DNA of 25,712 nucleotides from a virus (IMGVR_UViG_3300049044_000040:1-25712); one strand, 5' to 3'. Shown: positions 7,615-14,985, counted from the stretch's first letter. The notes: a model not told the origin generated them from the letters alone. Numbers and translations are program-made.

Positions 7615-7992
7615 ATGAAAATACGCAACGACAATGGGTTACTGGTAAATGAAGAGGATGGCCGTCTGGTTGGTTATCTCTTTAACTTTCAAGGGCATGG
7701 TATCTTCGCGCCTGATGGCAAGGTCGAAGTCACCCCTGCCGAAATGGAGACTCACAATCGCCTCCTGAGTGAGGCTGAAATCAAGGGACTCGATGAGAAC
7801 TGCCAAGTGGGGCAGGGCGGAATGTTCTACTATAACCAGAAAGAGAACACCGTCAAGACTTTCACTGGCACCGTTGTCTCCAGTGAAGTAACTGTCAAAG
7901 GTAATTCAATCACGTTCATGCGCGGGCGCAAGAAGTATTCGGGCCGTCTCCAAAAGGATGCTGATTGTTTTAACTTTCGTCGAACTTTCTGA
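7615..7992 (+). CDS. hypothetical protein
   Basis: 125-aa ORF with its own promoter. Confidence 0.75.
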   Translation: MKIRNDNGLLVNEEDGRLVGYLFNFQGHGIFAPDGKVEVTPAEMETHNRLLSEAEIKGLDENCQVGQGGMFYYNQKENTVKTFTGTVVSSEVTVKGNSITFMRGRKKYSGRLQKDADCFNFRRTF

Positions 7993-8021
7993 TTGACTCG
8001 TAGTCAATTTCCTGATACGTT
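7993..8021 (+). promoter_or_regulatory. sigma70-type promoter, leaderless type
   Basis: TTGACT-17-TGaTACGTT, ATG 10 nt downstream. Confidence 0.7.
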
Positions 8022-8031
8022 AATAATCGAA

Positions 8032-8343
8032 ATGAACAAACTAGCGGCCCTGAATACCGAGGGGCAACCAGTAATACTCGGTAGAACCGAAGTCGTTGTC
8101 TACAAGAAAGATACCGAAGGCGGGCGGGAGCAAATCAAAGCCATTCACAAGGGCATTGTGATTGGTGAAATGGCCAAATCTGGCTATCTGAGGGTGTATA
8201 ACCCACTGCCCACAAATCAGGGTGGCGACACTGCCCCTGAGAACAGTGAGTGGTTCCCTCGCGACTCGAAGCTTTGTTGGTGCGTAATCACCAACGTGAG
8301 GAAAGAAGAACAGGCGTTCCGAATTCCTCCTACTTTGCGGTAA
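8032..8343 (+). CDS. hypothetical protein
   Basis: ATG 8032 after the promoter (the TTG 'start' at 7993 is the -35 box). Confidence 0.7.
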   Translation: MNKLAALNTEGQPVILGRTEVVVYKKDTEGGREQIKAIHKGIVIGEMAKSGYLRVYNPLPTNQGGDTAPENSEWFPRDSKLCWCVITNVRKEEQAFRIPPTLR

Positions 8344-8366
8344 CATACGTTGTGTCGTTCATGCGT

Positions 8367-8395
8367 GGGGTCACGAGTGTGGCCCCTTTTCTTTT
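8367..8395 (+). terminator. intrinsic terminator (GGGGYCAC-GAGT-GTGGCCCC family)
   Basis: Hairpin + T run. Confidence 0.8.
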
Positions 8396-8398
8396 CCC

Positions 8399-8426
8399 TT
8401 GACAAATAGTGAGGAAAATGTATAGT
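8399..8426 (+). promoter_or_regulatory. sigma70-type promoter, leaderless type
   Basis: TTGACA-16-TATAGT, ATG 9 nt downstream. Confidence 0.75.
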
Positions 8427-8435
8427 GGGCGAAAT

Positions 8436-8642
8436 ATGAATACTCACATTGCGGTATCAACTCGTGGTAAATTCAATGATGAATGGGTAGACTACGTATA
8501 TGTTGGCGGGCCGAACCCTAATAGGGTGTATCGTAAAAAACCTGGCCAAGCTTGGCGCACCACGGCCACTAACAAGACTGTCAAAGGTTCCTCGAAGTTA
8601 GGTGTGACAGCTATGCGAAAAAAACTTACATACAGGGCTTGA
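8436..8642 (+). CDS. small basic hypothetical protein
   Basis: ATG 8436; stop TGA inside the next TTGACA. Confidence 0.65.
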   Translation: MNTHIAVSTRGKFNDEWVDYVYVGGPNPNRVYRKKPGQAWRTTATNKTVKGSSKLGVTAMRKKLTYRA

Positions 8643-8667
8643 CAATCGTTCGGGCGCGTGGTAGAGT
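8639..8667 (+). promoter_or_regulatory. sigma70-type promoter, leaderless type
   Basis: TTGACA-17-TGgTAGAGT, ATG 9 nt downstream. Confidence 0.8.
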
Positions 8668-8676
8668 GTATCCACA

Positions 8677-8868
8677 ATGAACGGAACACTTACTACTCAA
8701 GAGGAAAACATCATTAAGGACATTCTACAGGTGCTTGCGTGCGACCCGAAAACGACAGAAATCATTCGTCGCCGCCACGCCCTTCTCCCCAAAAAGGAGT
8801 TTGATGCTGCACTTGACTCAATCTTTAAGAAGTGTGAGAATGGCCGCTTAACTGTCGTCGAATCCTGA
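8677..8868 (+). CDS. hypothetical protein
   Basis: 63-aa ORF after promoter. Confidence 0.7.
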   Translation: MNGTLTTQEENIIKDILQVLACDPKTTEIIRRRHALLPKKEFDAALDSIFKKCENGRLTVVES

Positions 8869-8869
8869 T

Positions 8870-9097
8870 ATGCTCACCGAGGAAGAGTTTCACAAGCTTG
8901 GTTGGCGCGAGCAATTGAAATACAGGGTTCGCGTCACCATGTTACTCAGGAACGGTCACTCGCGTATATTCTTCTGCAAGACTATGGAAGAGTCAATAAG
9001 CGAAATGGTGGCCACGAGCGAGGATGTGACTGCCTGGGTGACTACACCCAACTTCAGTATTACCTTTGACAAGAATCAGAACCCTGAGAATAATTAG
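8870..9097 (+). CDS. hypothetical protein
   Basis: Starts 1 nt after the previous stop. Confidence 0.65.
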   Translation: MLTEEEFHKLGWREQLKYRVRVTMLLRNGHSRIFFCKTMEESISEMVATSEDVTAWVTTPNFSITFDKNQNPENN

Positions 9098-9100
9098 GGC

Positions 9101-9128
9101 TTGACAATATCCTAATCTCTGCTAGAGT
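9101..9128 (+). promoter_or_regulatory. sigma70-type promoter, leaderless type
   Basis: TTGACA-16-TGcTAGAGT, ATG 6 nt downstream. Confidence 0.8.
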
Positions 9129-9134
9129 CGTCAC

Positions 9135-9488
9135 ATGCACAAGGAATTTAGGCTAGGTCAAGTGGTAGTATGGCAGGAAGAGGGCCGCAACACTCACGCG
9201 TGGGTATCTGGTGGTTCTACTGATTGGTTCCTGACTGAAGAGGAACGGGCCATGCCTCCCGAAGAGTTAGCTATCAAGATTAACAATACTTGGAAGGGTG
9301 GCGAGGTCTACAGGTGTTCGGCCTGCGGTAAGGAAATGAAGAAAGCTGAGGTCGCTGGCTGGCCCTTGTTCGCTGGTGTCGCCTGCCCTGACCACTGGCA
9401 GCAGCATCAGGATAAGCTTGACAAGGAACGTAAGGCGGGCCATGTCTGCCGCCGTTGTGGTTGTGCATTCTCAGACTGCTCTTGTTAA
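9135..9488 (+). CDS. Cys-rich putative zinc-binding protein
   Basis: CSAC...CPDH...CRRC..CSC. Confidence 0.7.
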   Translation: MHKEFRLGQVVVWQEEGRNTHAWVSGGSTDWFLTEEERAMPPEELAIKINNTWKGGEVYRCSACGKEMKKAEVAGWPLFAGVACPDHWQQHQDKLDKERKAGHVCRRCGCAFSDCSC

Positions 9489-9489
9489 T

Positions 9490-9723
9490 ATGAAGACTGT
9501 CACAATTACCCTGACTGAAGCTGAGGCTACAAACCTGTCAACGGTAATAACCCAATTGACGGGCGCACTTCAATACCATGCCCTCAGTAAAAAGGGGCTG
9601 AATAAGGCGTGGAAGCATTGGCGTGGAATTGGCAAGAAGATTGCCAGTCCACTTGGCTACGAAGCCTTGATGGTGCCCAACCCAATGACAAGAAAACTAC
9701 TTGACAGTATCGCTCCGAAGTGA
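9490..9723 (+). CDS. hypothetical protein
   Basis: ATG 9490 one nt after the previous stop; its TGA forms the next extended -10. Confidence 0.65.
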   Translation: MKTVTITLTEAEATNLSTVITQLTGALQYHALSKKGLNKAWKHWRGIGKKIASPLGYEALMVPNPMTRKLLDSIAPK

Positions 9724-9729
9724 TATGGT
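9701..9729 (+). promoter_or_regulatory. sigma70-type promoter, leaderless type
   Basis: TTGACA-17-TGaTATGGT, ATG 6 nt downstream. Confidence 0.8.
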
Positions 9730-9735
9730 ATCCGT

Positions 9736-9921
9736 ATGCATACTCGAACCCTTGGTGGTTCCCTGTTAGTTATCAAAGGGAATGATTGCGTAACAATCGA
9801 GCGTGGCTCTGACAGCCAACCACGCATTGTCAGTGTCGAGGGCCACTGGACGCCTGATGAATTGGACGAAGCGAAAGAGAAATGGTTTGGCCCTGAGGGG
9901 CGCGATGCAAGGAACAGATAA
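9736..9921 (+). CDS. hypothetical protein
   Basis: 61-aa ORF after promoter. Confidence 0.65.
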   Translation: MHTRTLGGSLLVIKGNDCVTIERGSDSQPRIVSVEGHWTPDELDEAKEKWFGPEGRDARNR

Positions 9922-9923
9922 CT

Positions 9924-10613
9924 ATGGCAGCTATTAAATACTATCAAGTGGGTGGATACGTGCGCGACCGCCTAATGGGGCTGGAGTCTAAGGACATTGA
10001 CTTCGCTGTTGAGGCACCCTCATTCGATGCCATGCGCCAGGATTTACTTGTCAAAGGTATTAAGATATTTCAGGAACGGCCTGAGTTCTTAACTATCAGA
10101 GGTAATCACCCTGAACATGGTGGCGTGGACTACGTTTTGTGCCGTAAAGATGGAGCCTATAGTGATGGGCGTCACCCTGATTCGGTCGAGATTGGAACCA
10201 TTGACGATGACTTAGCACGTCGCGATTTCACTGTCAATGCCATTGCCTACGATGGTGTCGCCTACTACGACCCTCACAATGGCGTCAAGGACATTCACGA
10301 TAAGGTTCTTCGATGCGTTGGGCGGGCCGCTGACAGGCTACAGGAGGACGGCCTGAGGATTCTGCGGGCGTTGCGCTTCCACATTATGAAGGGCTTCGAG
10401 TTCGATGGTGAACTTGAGGATTGCCTAAATAGTGAGGTCATCGTGAGTCGCCTTGACACTGTTAAGGAAGAGAGGATACGCGAGGAACTGTTGAAGTGCT
10501 TTGCCTATGATACTCTCTACACCCTGAACACGCTTGAATTCTTCCCCTTGATAAGGATGGCAATCTTTAAGAAGGGCCGAAGACTCAGGCTCGAACCCAC
10601 ATTAAGGGCTTGA
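9924..10613 (+). CDS. compact class II tRNA nucleotidyltransferase (CCA-adding)/poly(A) polymerase-family enzyme
   Basis: VGGYVRD, DIDF, DLARRDFTVNAIA, EDGLRILRALRF, ERIREEL motifs. Confidence 0.9.
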   Translation: MAAIKYYQVGGYVRDRLMGLESKDIDFAVEAPSFDAMRQDLLVKGIKIFQERPEFLTIRGNHPEHGGVDYVLCRKDGAYSDGRHPDSVEIGTIDDDLARRDFTVNAIAYDGVAYYDPHNGVKDIHDKVLRCVGRAADRLQEDGLRILRALRFHIMKGFEFDGELEDCLNSEVIVSRLDTVKEERIREELLKCFAYDTLYTLNTLEFFPLIRMAIFKKGRRLRLEPTLRA

Positions 10614-10638
10614 CAACGTGCGGGCACTCTGATAGAGT
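10610..10638 (+). promoter_or_regulatory. sigma70-type promoter, leaderless type
   Basis: TTGACA-17-TGaTAGAGT, ATG 6 nt downstream; the -35 contains the upstream stop. Confidence 0.8.
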
Positions 10639-10644
10639 GTCCCC

Positions 10645-10812
10645 ATGTTCGAAGTAATCATCATCGCAAGACAAGGGAAACTCCTGACTGGTGGCGTGAA
10701 GACTGTGACAAGTAAACAGGCCACGCTAGACCCCGCAATCGACTGGATGCGGGCGATGGTGGATGGACAGCAGGACAAGATTGGTTCAATCACAATCAAT
10801 TCGCCCGAATAG
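10645..10812 (+). CDS. hypothetical protein (55 aa, MFEVIIIARQGK...), not in ORF track
   Basis: Open frame translated by hand; lies exactly between two promoters. Confidence 0.65.
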   Translation: MFEVIIIARQGKLLTGGVKTVTSKQATLDPAIDWMRAMVDGQQDKIGSITINSPE

Positions 10813-10815
10813 GGC

Positions 10816-10843
10816 TTGACAAATCCAGTGGTTGTGATAAAGT
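10816..10843 (+). promoter_or_regulatory. sigma70-type promoter driving a non-coding segment
   Basis: TTGACA-16-TGaTAAAGT; no ATG nearby; predicted +1 near G10850. Confidence 0.8.
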
Positions 10844-10849
10844 GATTTT

Positions 10850-11002
10850 GAAGTGAGGGGGATAGCACGTTGAGTGCGTTTAACCCGTCTGTTCTTTGAG
10901 AGCCGTTGCCTAAGGACTTCCCTCAGGGGATACAATCCGACCGCACATCAGGCCGAGAGTAGCTACACAGACTAGCAAAAAAAGTAATTGCTTCTCACTT
11001 CA
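10850..11002 (+). ncRNA. candidate structured RNA with paired 5' and 3' ends
   Basis: GAAGTGAGGGG(10850-60) pairs with CTTCTCACTTC(10991-11001); inner GTCTGT(10887-92)/ACAGAC(10967-72); GCAC-gttga-GTGC hairpin. Confidence 0.6.
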
Positions 11003-11009
11003 TTAATTT

Positions 11010-11204
11010 ATGAAACGTCGATTCGTAATAAGGATGGTTGTAGTGGAAGAGGTTGTCAACCCTATTGGTGACGTAGTGGTTCAATCGAGTGAGGTTCACT
11101 CTGTTACCATTGACAAGGATGCTGGCCCCACTGCCGAGGAAGCTATTGAAATGCTCGAAGTGATTTTGAGTGATACAGGGCTTGACAAATCTGTGAGTTC
11201 CTGA
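11010..11204 (+). CDS. hypothetical protein, acidic/Val-rich
   Basis: 64-aa ORF; its C-terminus encodes the next promoter. Confidence 0.6.
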   Translation: MKRRFVIRMVVVEEVVNPIGDVVVQSSEVHSVTIDKDAGPTAEEAIEMLEVILSDTGLDKSVSS

Positions 11205-11210
11205 TACCTT
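11182..11210 (+). promoter_or_regulatory. sigma70-type promoter, leaderless type
   Basis: TTGACA-17-TGaTACCTT, ATG 9 nt downstream. Confidence 0.8.
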
Positions 11211-11219
11211 AATAACACT

Positions 11220-11462
11220 ATGGCAGGAAAGACACGAGCGACAAATATTCAGAAGGTCACCCACTACATGAACAGGGGGCCGAACCTTCAGCAACTCTGT
11301 ATCAATCAGGCTTTCGTCATGGAAGCTATTTCACGCTACGCCAAGGACGTGATTAAGAATGACACCCTCATTCGGCGCACTATGGCAAATAGCCCCATCC
11401 ATCCTGAGGCGTGGATTGAGGCCGCTAAACAGTGGCAGCAGCAGAACCCTGAATACAAGTAA
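11220..11462 (+). CDS. phage hypothetical protein
   Basis: 80-aa ORF after promoter. Confidence 0.7.
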   Translation: MAGKTRATNIQKVTHYMNRGPNLQQLCINQAFVMEAISRYAKDVIKNDTLIRRTMANSPIHPEAWIEAAKQWQQQNPEYK

Positions 11463-11465
11463 GGT

Positions 11466-11582
11466 ATGACAACTATCTACTTCCCCAAATATTGGACGTG
11501 GGAGCAAATTCATTACTGGCTCGACCGCTCCCAATACTCATGGTGGCAGCAAATAGATACCAATGGGTGGGAAGTTCAATAG
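11466..11582 (+). CDS. 38-aa Trp-rich peptide MTTIYFPKYWTWEQIHYWLDRSQYSWWQQIDTNGWEVQ
   Basis: ATG 3 nt after the previous stop; translated by hand. Confidence 0.5.
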   Translation: MTTIYFPKYWTWEQIHYWLDRSQYSWWQQIDTNGWEVQ

Positions 11583-11638
11583 CAAATAGCCCAAGGGTAA
11601 ATACCCAAGGGCTTTACTTATCACAGTTATTCCTGGAC

Positions 11639-11670
11639 AAAAAGAAAGGGGGCTTTCGCCCCCTGTTTTT
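11639..11670. terminator. bidirectional terminator between convergent gene arrays
   Basis: A run-AGGGGGC-tttc-GCCCCCT-T run. Confidence 0.8.
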
Positions 11671-11938
11671 ACTTGACTCGGCGGTTTAGTTCTTTCTTCA
11701 CTTCGCGGGCCACTGTGCCGCGCCATGTCGTCGCGTTCCCGAGGAAGTATCGCACGATTGATTTTCCATCGTCGGCACCATAGTTGTCATTGACACTCAC
11801 CATTGTGGTCATCGCGTCAAGGTAAGGGACGGCACCGAAGTAGACTTTCTTCCAGTCTCGCTTAATCAGGCGAGCGAGAGTGTGAAGGGGCATGTCCTGT
11901 AAGTTTTGCTCTAGTTCGTTCTGCGGTTTGTTTTCCAT
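11669..11938 (-). CDS. phage hypothetical protein
   Basis: DWKKVYFGAVPYLDAM...YFLGNATTWRG; own promoter. Confidence 0.8.
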   Translation of the reverse strand: MENKPQNELEQNLQDMPLHTLARLIKRDWKKVYFGAVPYLDAMTTMVSVNDNYGADDGKSIVRYFLGNATTWRGTVAREVKKELNRRVK

Positions 11939-11947
11939 AGTGGTGAT

Positions 11948-11976
11948 ACCTTAGACTATTTCCTCTTAACTGTCAA
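11948..11976 (-). promoter_or_regulatory. sigma70-type promoter, leaderless type
   Basis: TTGACA-17-TAAGGT, ATG 9 nt downstream. Confidence 0.75.
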
Positions 11977-12177
11977 GGGGAAATTAAAATTTCTTTTGAC
12001 CTGGAGTTCCTGGCACCTTTCAATTTGCTCTAGATGCGCCCTAGCTTGTGCGTTTAAACGCGTGCCGTAGAGCATTTGCGCGAGTTTGTTTATGTCCTCA
12101 GGGCCATGAGTGCGGAACGTCACAAGGTAGGCATTTGAGGCGTTCGCATCCTTAGGTAGTGAAATGCGAATTGTCAT
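11956..12177 (-). CDS. hypothetical protein
   Basis: 73-aa ORF; its 3' end encodes the next -35 box. Confidence 0.65.
   Translation of the reverse strand: MTIRISLPKDANASNAYLVTFRTHGPEDINKLAQMLYGTRLNAQARAHLEQIERCQELQVKRNFNFPLTVKRK
11964..11983. repeat. 20-bp exact direct repeat TCTTAACTGTCAAGGGGAAA (second copy 14321-14340)
   Basis: Identical in two minus-strand promoter -35 regions. Confidence 0.85.
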
Positions 12178-12186
12178 AAGGGTTCT

Positions 12187-12215
12187 AATGTATCAGATTA
12201 TCCTTGACATGTCAA
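12187..12215 (-). promoter_or_regulatory. sigma70-type promoter, leaderless type
   Basis: TTGACA-17-TGaTACATT, ATG 9 nt downstream; palindrome TTGACATGTCAA at 12204-12215. Confidence 0.8.
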
Positions 12216-12220
12216 CAAAC

Positions 12221-12252
12221 AAAAAAGCCCTGAGTTTTTTAGGCTCAGGGCT
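12221..12252 (-). terminator. intrinsic terminator
   Basis: AGCCCTGAG..CTCAGGGCT stem with A run on the + strand. Confidence 0.8.
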
Positions 12253-12269
12253 GTTGAGAGTGTCAGGGT

Positions 12270-13160
12270 TTATACGTCGATGATAGGGCCGCTGGCGGTC
12301 ACCACCGTTTTCTTTTCCTGAGGCAGGGGCATTGTCAACTTGGTGAACGTCTCAGCCTTGCGCGTGGCGTTGACCAGCGTCAAAAGAACGCTCTGATTCG
12401 TTGCGCGAGCGTAGGCGTAGCGTTCACCCTCAACTTGGTGCGTCAGGTATTCGGTCGCCGCATTGTAAAGGTTGTAAAGGTTTCGTTCCTTGTCTTCATT
12501 GCGCCGAGGATTCAGCCACAAGGTTTCAATTCCTTCCGCAACCTTATCGCTCAGAATGCCCTTGACAGCCAAGTTTTTCAGGATGAGAACCCCTTGCGGC
12601 TCAGTCAGGGCTTTCTTTGCCATTGCGTCAAAGGTTTCGAGGGCTTTGGGGCCATGCTCCAGAGCGTGCTGGATTGCTTCGCCAACCATCTTTGGAGTGA
12701 TGTTTTTGAAGTGTTTTTGTGCCATGCTGAATTCCTTTTCCATTGTGGACATACCATTGAGGCAAACCAAACGGAGAAAGCCGAGGTCAATGGATTGTTT
12801 CACTGAGCGGTCAAAGCTGTTTTTCAGTGTCAGCTTGTATCCGAATACGTCGCCCACGGCATTGGCGATTTGTTTGTTCTGGAATGTGAATTCCGCGAAC
12901 ATTTTCGCGCCATCATCGAGAACGAAAACGCGTTGCTTGAAGTCAGTCATTCCACGAGCGGAAAGGGCTTTGAGTGCCGCGTCCATGAGTTCTGAGTTTT
13001 GCATCAGGCCATATTGCTCGGTCACAACGTCATTGAACACTTTGCCAGTGTCAACGCGTTCGTTCGCATACAGGCCAGTCCATGTCCCGTCTTCTTTCAT
13101 CAGCTTGACGGTTCGAACTTGGTAGTTCCAGTTATTTGATTGTCTTGCTTCGCGTGCCAT
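12270..13160 (-). CDS. DUF932/DUF945-like phage protein
   Basis: Y.LMQNSEL, GAKMFAEF, LKNSFDRS, GFLRLVCLNGM, NLYNLYNAATEYLTH motifs. Confidence 0.8.
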   Translation of the reverse strand: MAREARQSNNWNYQVRTVKLMKEDGTWTGLYANERVDTGKVFNDVVTEQYGLMQNSELMDAALKALSARGMTDFKQRVFVLDDGAKMFAEFTFQNKQIANAVGDVFGYKLTLKNSFDRSVKQSIDLGFLRLVCLNGMSTMEKEFSMAQKHFKNITPKMVGEAIQHALEHGPKALETFDAMAKKALTEPQGVLILKNLAVKGILSDKVAEGIETLWLNPRRNEDKERNLYNLYNAATEYLTHQVEGERYAYARATNQSVLLTLVNATRKAETFTKLTMPLPQEKKTVVTASGPIIDV

Positions 13161-13196
13161 ACGTTTATTGTTTAAGTGTTACTCTTAACGTGGAAA

Positions 13197-13287
13197 AGCC
13201 TATCATAGGTTTCTTTAAGTGTCAACGTTATTTTAAAAGATTTTTTCGAATAATTATCATTGACAATTCCTGGCACTCTGCTATTGT
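13197..13287. promoter_or_regulatory. divergent sigma70 promoter pair
   Basis: Minus: TTGACA(13225-20)-17-TGaTAGGCT; plus: TTGACA(13260-65)-16-TGcTATTGT with ATG 7 nt downstream. Confidence 0.75.
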
Positions 13288-13294
13288 GTCGCCA

Positions 13295-13750
13295 ATGAAA
13301 CGAATCATGCTTGACTTATCGGGGCTATTTGGCGAGGCACGCCAAGCCGTTAGTGTTCACGTTCAAAACGCATTGGCTGGAATGGGTATCCATTGGGCTG
13401 GCCACATGCAAACAGTCATGCACCATGACGCTGACGCCCTGTGCGTTGAGCGCGTTAAGGATGACAAGGATGGAAAATCGGGGTTGTATGCGTATGAGAA
13501 TGGCACCCTGACTGACAAGTTCCGCGCTCGCGAAGTGACCGAGGATACGCAAATTTTCGATGCCATTGTCCACACGTCGCAATTCCTCGCGGCAGTCAAG
13601 GAACATCATACGGGCATTGTGCGCGAGTTCGCTGGCGTGCCTGTGCGAATCACTCGCGACGGTATCCACATGGACGCATCGGCCCTGTTGAGCAGTGTTG
13701 AGAAACAGGCGCACGCATTGCGGAAGAAACATTTCAACGTGCCTGAGTAG
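13295..13750 (+). CDS. hypothetical protein
   Basis: ATG 13295 after promoter; hairpin follows. Confidence 0.7.
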   Translation: MKRIMLDLSGLFGEARQAVSVHVQNALAGMGIHWAGHMQTVMHHDADALCVERVKDDKDGKSGLYAYENGTLTDKFRAREVTEDTQIFDAIVHTSQFLAAVKEHHTGIVREFAGVPVRITRDGIHMDASALLSSVEKQAHALRKKHFNVPE

Positions 13751-13768
13751 GGCCGCTGAGTCAAGCGA

Positions 13769-13801
13769 GGGCTGGCCCTTAGGGGCTGGCCCTTAGACTT
13801 T
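13769..13801. terminator. hairpin/terminator between convergent genes
   Basis: AGGGCTGGCCC-ttag-GGGCTGGCCCT; a related inverted copy lies at about 16231-16255. Confidence 0.55.
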
Positions 13802-13879
13802 CAAAGGCAAATAGCCAAATAGGAAATAGCACCCCACAAATAGTGGAGTGCCTGGTGTAAATCGTTGTCCTGGAATGGG

Positions 13880-14083
13880 TTAGAGCGTGAATTTTTCCAA
13901 TGATTGGCCATTGACTAGGCCAGTGTCGTCTACTTCCGCGTAGTGGGTGCGATAGTGTTTGACGCGTCTTGACATGTAGACCGTTGGCCCTTCTGATTCG
14001 TCGCCCGCTTGAATCATATTGATACGGAAGCCCCTTTTTGTCAGGGCTTCCACTACTTGGTTTTGAATCTCAGTAAGTTCCAT
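13880..14083 (-). CDS. hypothetical protein
   Basis: MELTEIQ... starts 2 nt after the upstream stop. Confidence 0.65.
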   Translation of the reverse strand: MELTEIQNQVVEALTKRGFRINMIQAGDESEGPTVYMSRRVKHYRTHYAEVDDTGLVNGQSLEKFTL

Positions 14084-14085
14084 AC

Positions 14086-14295
14086 TTATTCCTTTACGCT
14101 GTCGAGAATTTCGGTGCGAACATCGGCGCACGCATTGCGGGCACTCGCCACAAGGCCATATATCAATTGAACATCAGTCAAGTTGACTTCGCCGTGCTTC
14201 TGGCAAGCTTCCATGATGCCCTCGGCCCTCGCCAGTAGGCAAGTGACGTTATCTGTCAGACTGTTCGCGAGTTTGAATCGTTGTGTTGCGTTCAT
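14086..14295 (-). CDS. hypothetical protein (MNAT start)
   Basis: 69-aa ORF after promoter. Confidence 0.7.
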   Translation of the reverse strand: MNATQRFKLANSLTDNVTCLLARAEGIMEACQKHGEVNLTDVQLIYGLVASARNACADVRTEILDSVKE

Positions 14296-14304
14296 CGTGG
14301 CCCT

Positions 14305-14333
14305 AAGGTATCAGACTTATTCTTAACTGTCAA
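14305..14333 (-). promoter_or_regulatory. sigma70-type promoter, leaderless type
   Basis: TTGACA-17-TGaTACCTT, ATG 9 nt downstream. Confidence 0.8.
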
Positions 14334-14406
14334 GGGGAAAAAAGAAAAAAGACCAAGTTTTTAAACCTGGCCTTTGTCCTGGCGTAAACTCTTGGCCCTC
14401 AAGGGC

Positions 14407-14976
14407 TTACTCGTCTTGTGCCTCCATTAATTCCTTAAACTTGTCATGCCCAAGGGCTTTTTGCAATTTCCTGGCACTCGCAACGCATTCGTTGTAAATG
14501 TTCAGGGCTTTGATTGAGTCGTTGTCATACCCGAAGTTCCCGCAGAAGGACATGCTGAGGGCTTCAGAATCGCTCTTGAGGCAATAGAGCAAATCATACG
14601 CTGTGGGGGCGCAAAGCTTCGAAATGTCTTCGAATACTTCGCGAATCTCGCGCACGTTCCAGTTTTTAATGGCTTTGACGCGGCCCTGTCGAATCATTTT
14701 GAATGCGCGTTCCTTCTCAAAGCTTCCAAGGCTGGCCATAGAATAGCGACGTTCTAAGTCTCGCAAGGGGTATTTGTATTTGCTCAGGGACATTTGCAAA
14801 TGCTTTTCGCGCTCGACCTTTTCAGGAATGCACGCGAACAATCCGCAGTGGAAGTCAAAGGATTGGCCATTAATCAGGCAAACCCATTTTGTCTGTTCAG
14901 TCTCAGGATTGAAGCCCACGCGCACAAAGTCAACTTTGATACCTGAGGCAATCTCTTTTAATGTTTTGGCGTTCAT
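14407..14976 (-). CDS. phage hypothetical protein (MNAK start)
   Basis: 189 aa; PTAYDLLYCLKSD...FGYDNDSIKALNIY. Confidence 0.8.
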   Translation of the reverse strand: MNAKTLKEIASGIKVDFVRVGFNPETEQTKWVCLINGQSFDFHCGLFACIPEKVEREKHLQMSLSKYKYPLRDLERRYSMASLGSFEKERAFKMIRQGRVKAIKNWNVREIREVFEDISKLCAPTAYDLLYCLKSDSEALSMSFCGNFGYDNDSIKALNIYNECVASARKLQKALGHDKFKELMEAQDE

Positions 14977-14985
14977 GTTGCGGCC

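Noticed and set aside
5630-8031. Upstream TTG starts given by the ORF track (5630, 6915, 7993)
   Set aside because: They fall in or before promoter -35 boxes; downstream ATGs (5705, 6960, 8032) fit the promoter geometry
10850-11002. tRNA, tmRNA, group I intron or known riboswitch assignment
   Set aside because: No T-loop GTTCRA or cloverleaf, no tag ORF, no P7 pairing, no aptamer consensus I recognise; kept as an unassigned ncRNA candidate
8634-11190. Recurrent AGGGCTTGACAA as a CRISPR or integron attC array
   Set aside because: Repeats are only about 12 bp, irregularly spaced by whole genes and explained as -35 boxes; no cas or integrase gene in the window
12435-13125. 123-aa and 211-aa plus-strand ORFs
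   Set aside because: Antisense to the well-supported DUF932-like gene
13807-13843. AAATAG repeated four times, with similar GCAAATAGCC near 11386 and 11582
   Set aside because: Short, irregular spacing, no supportable function
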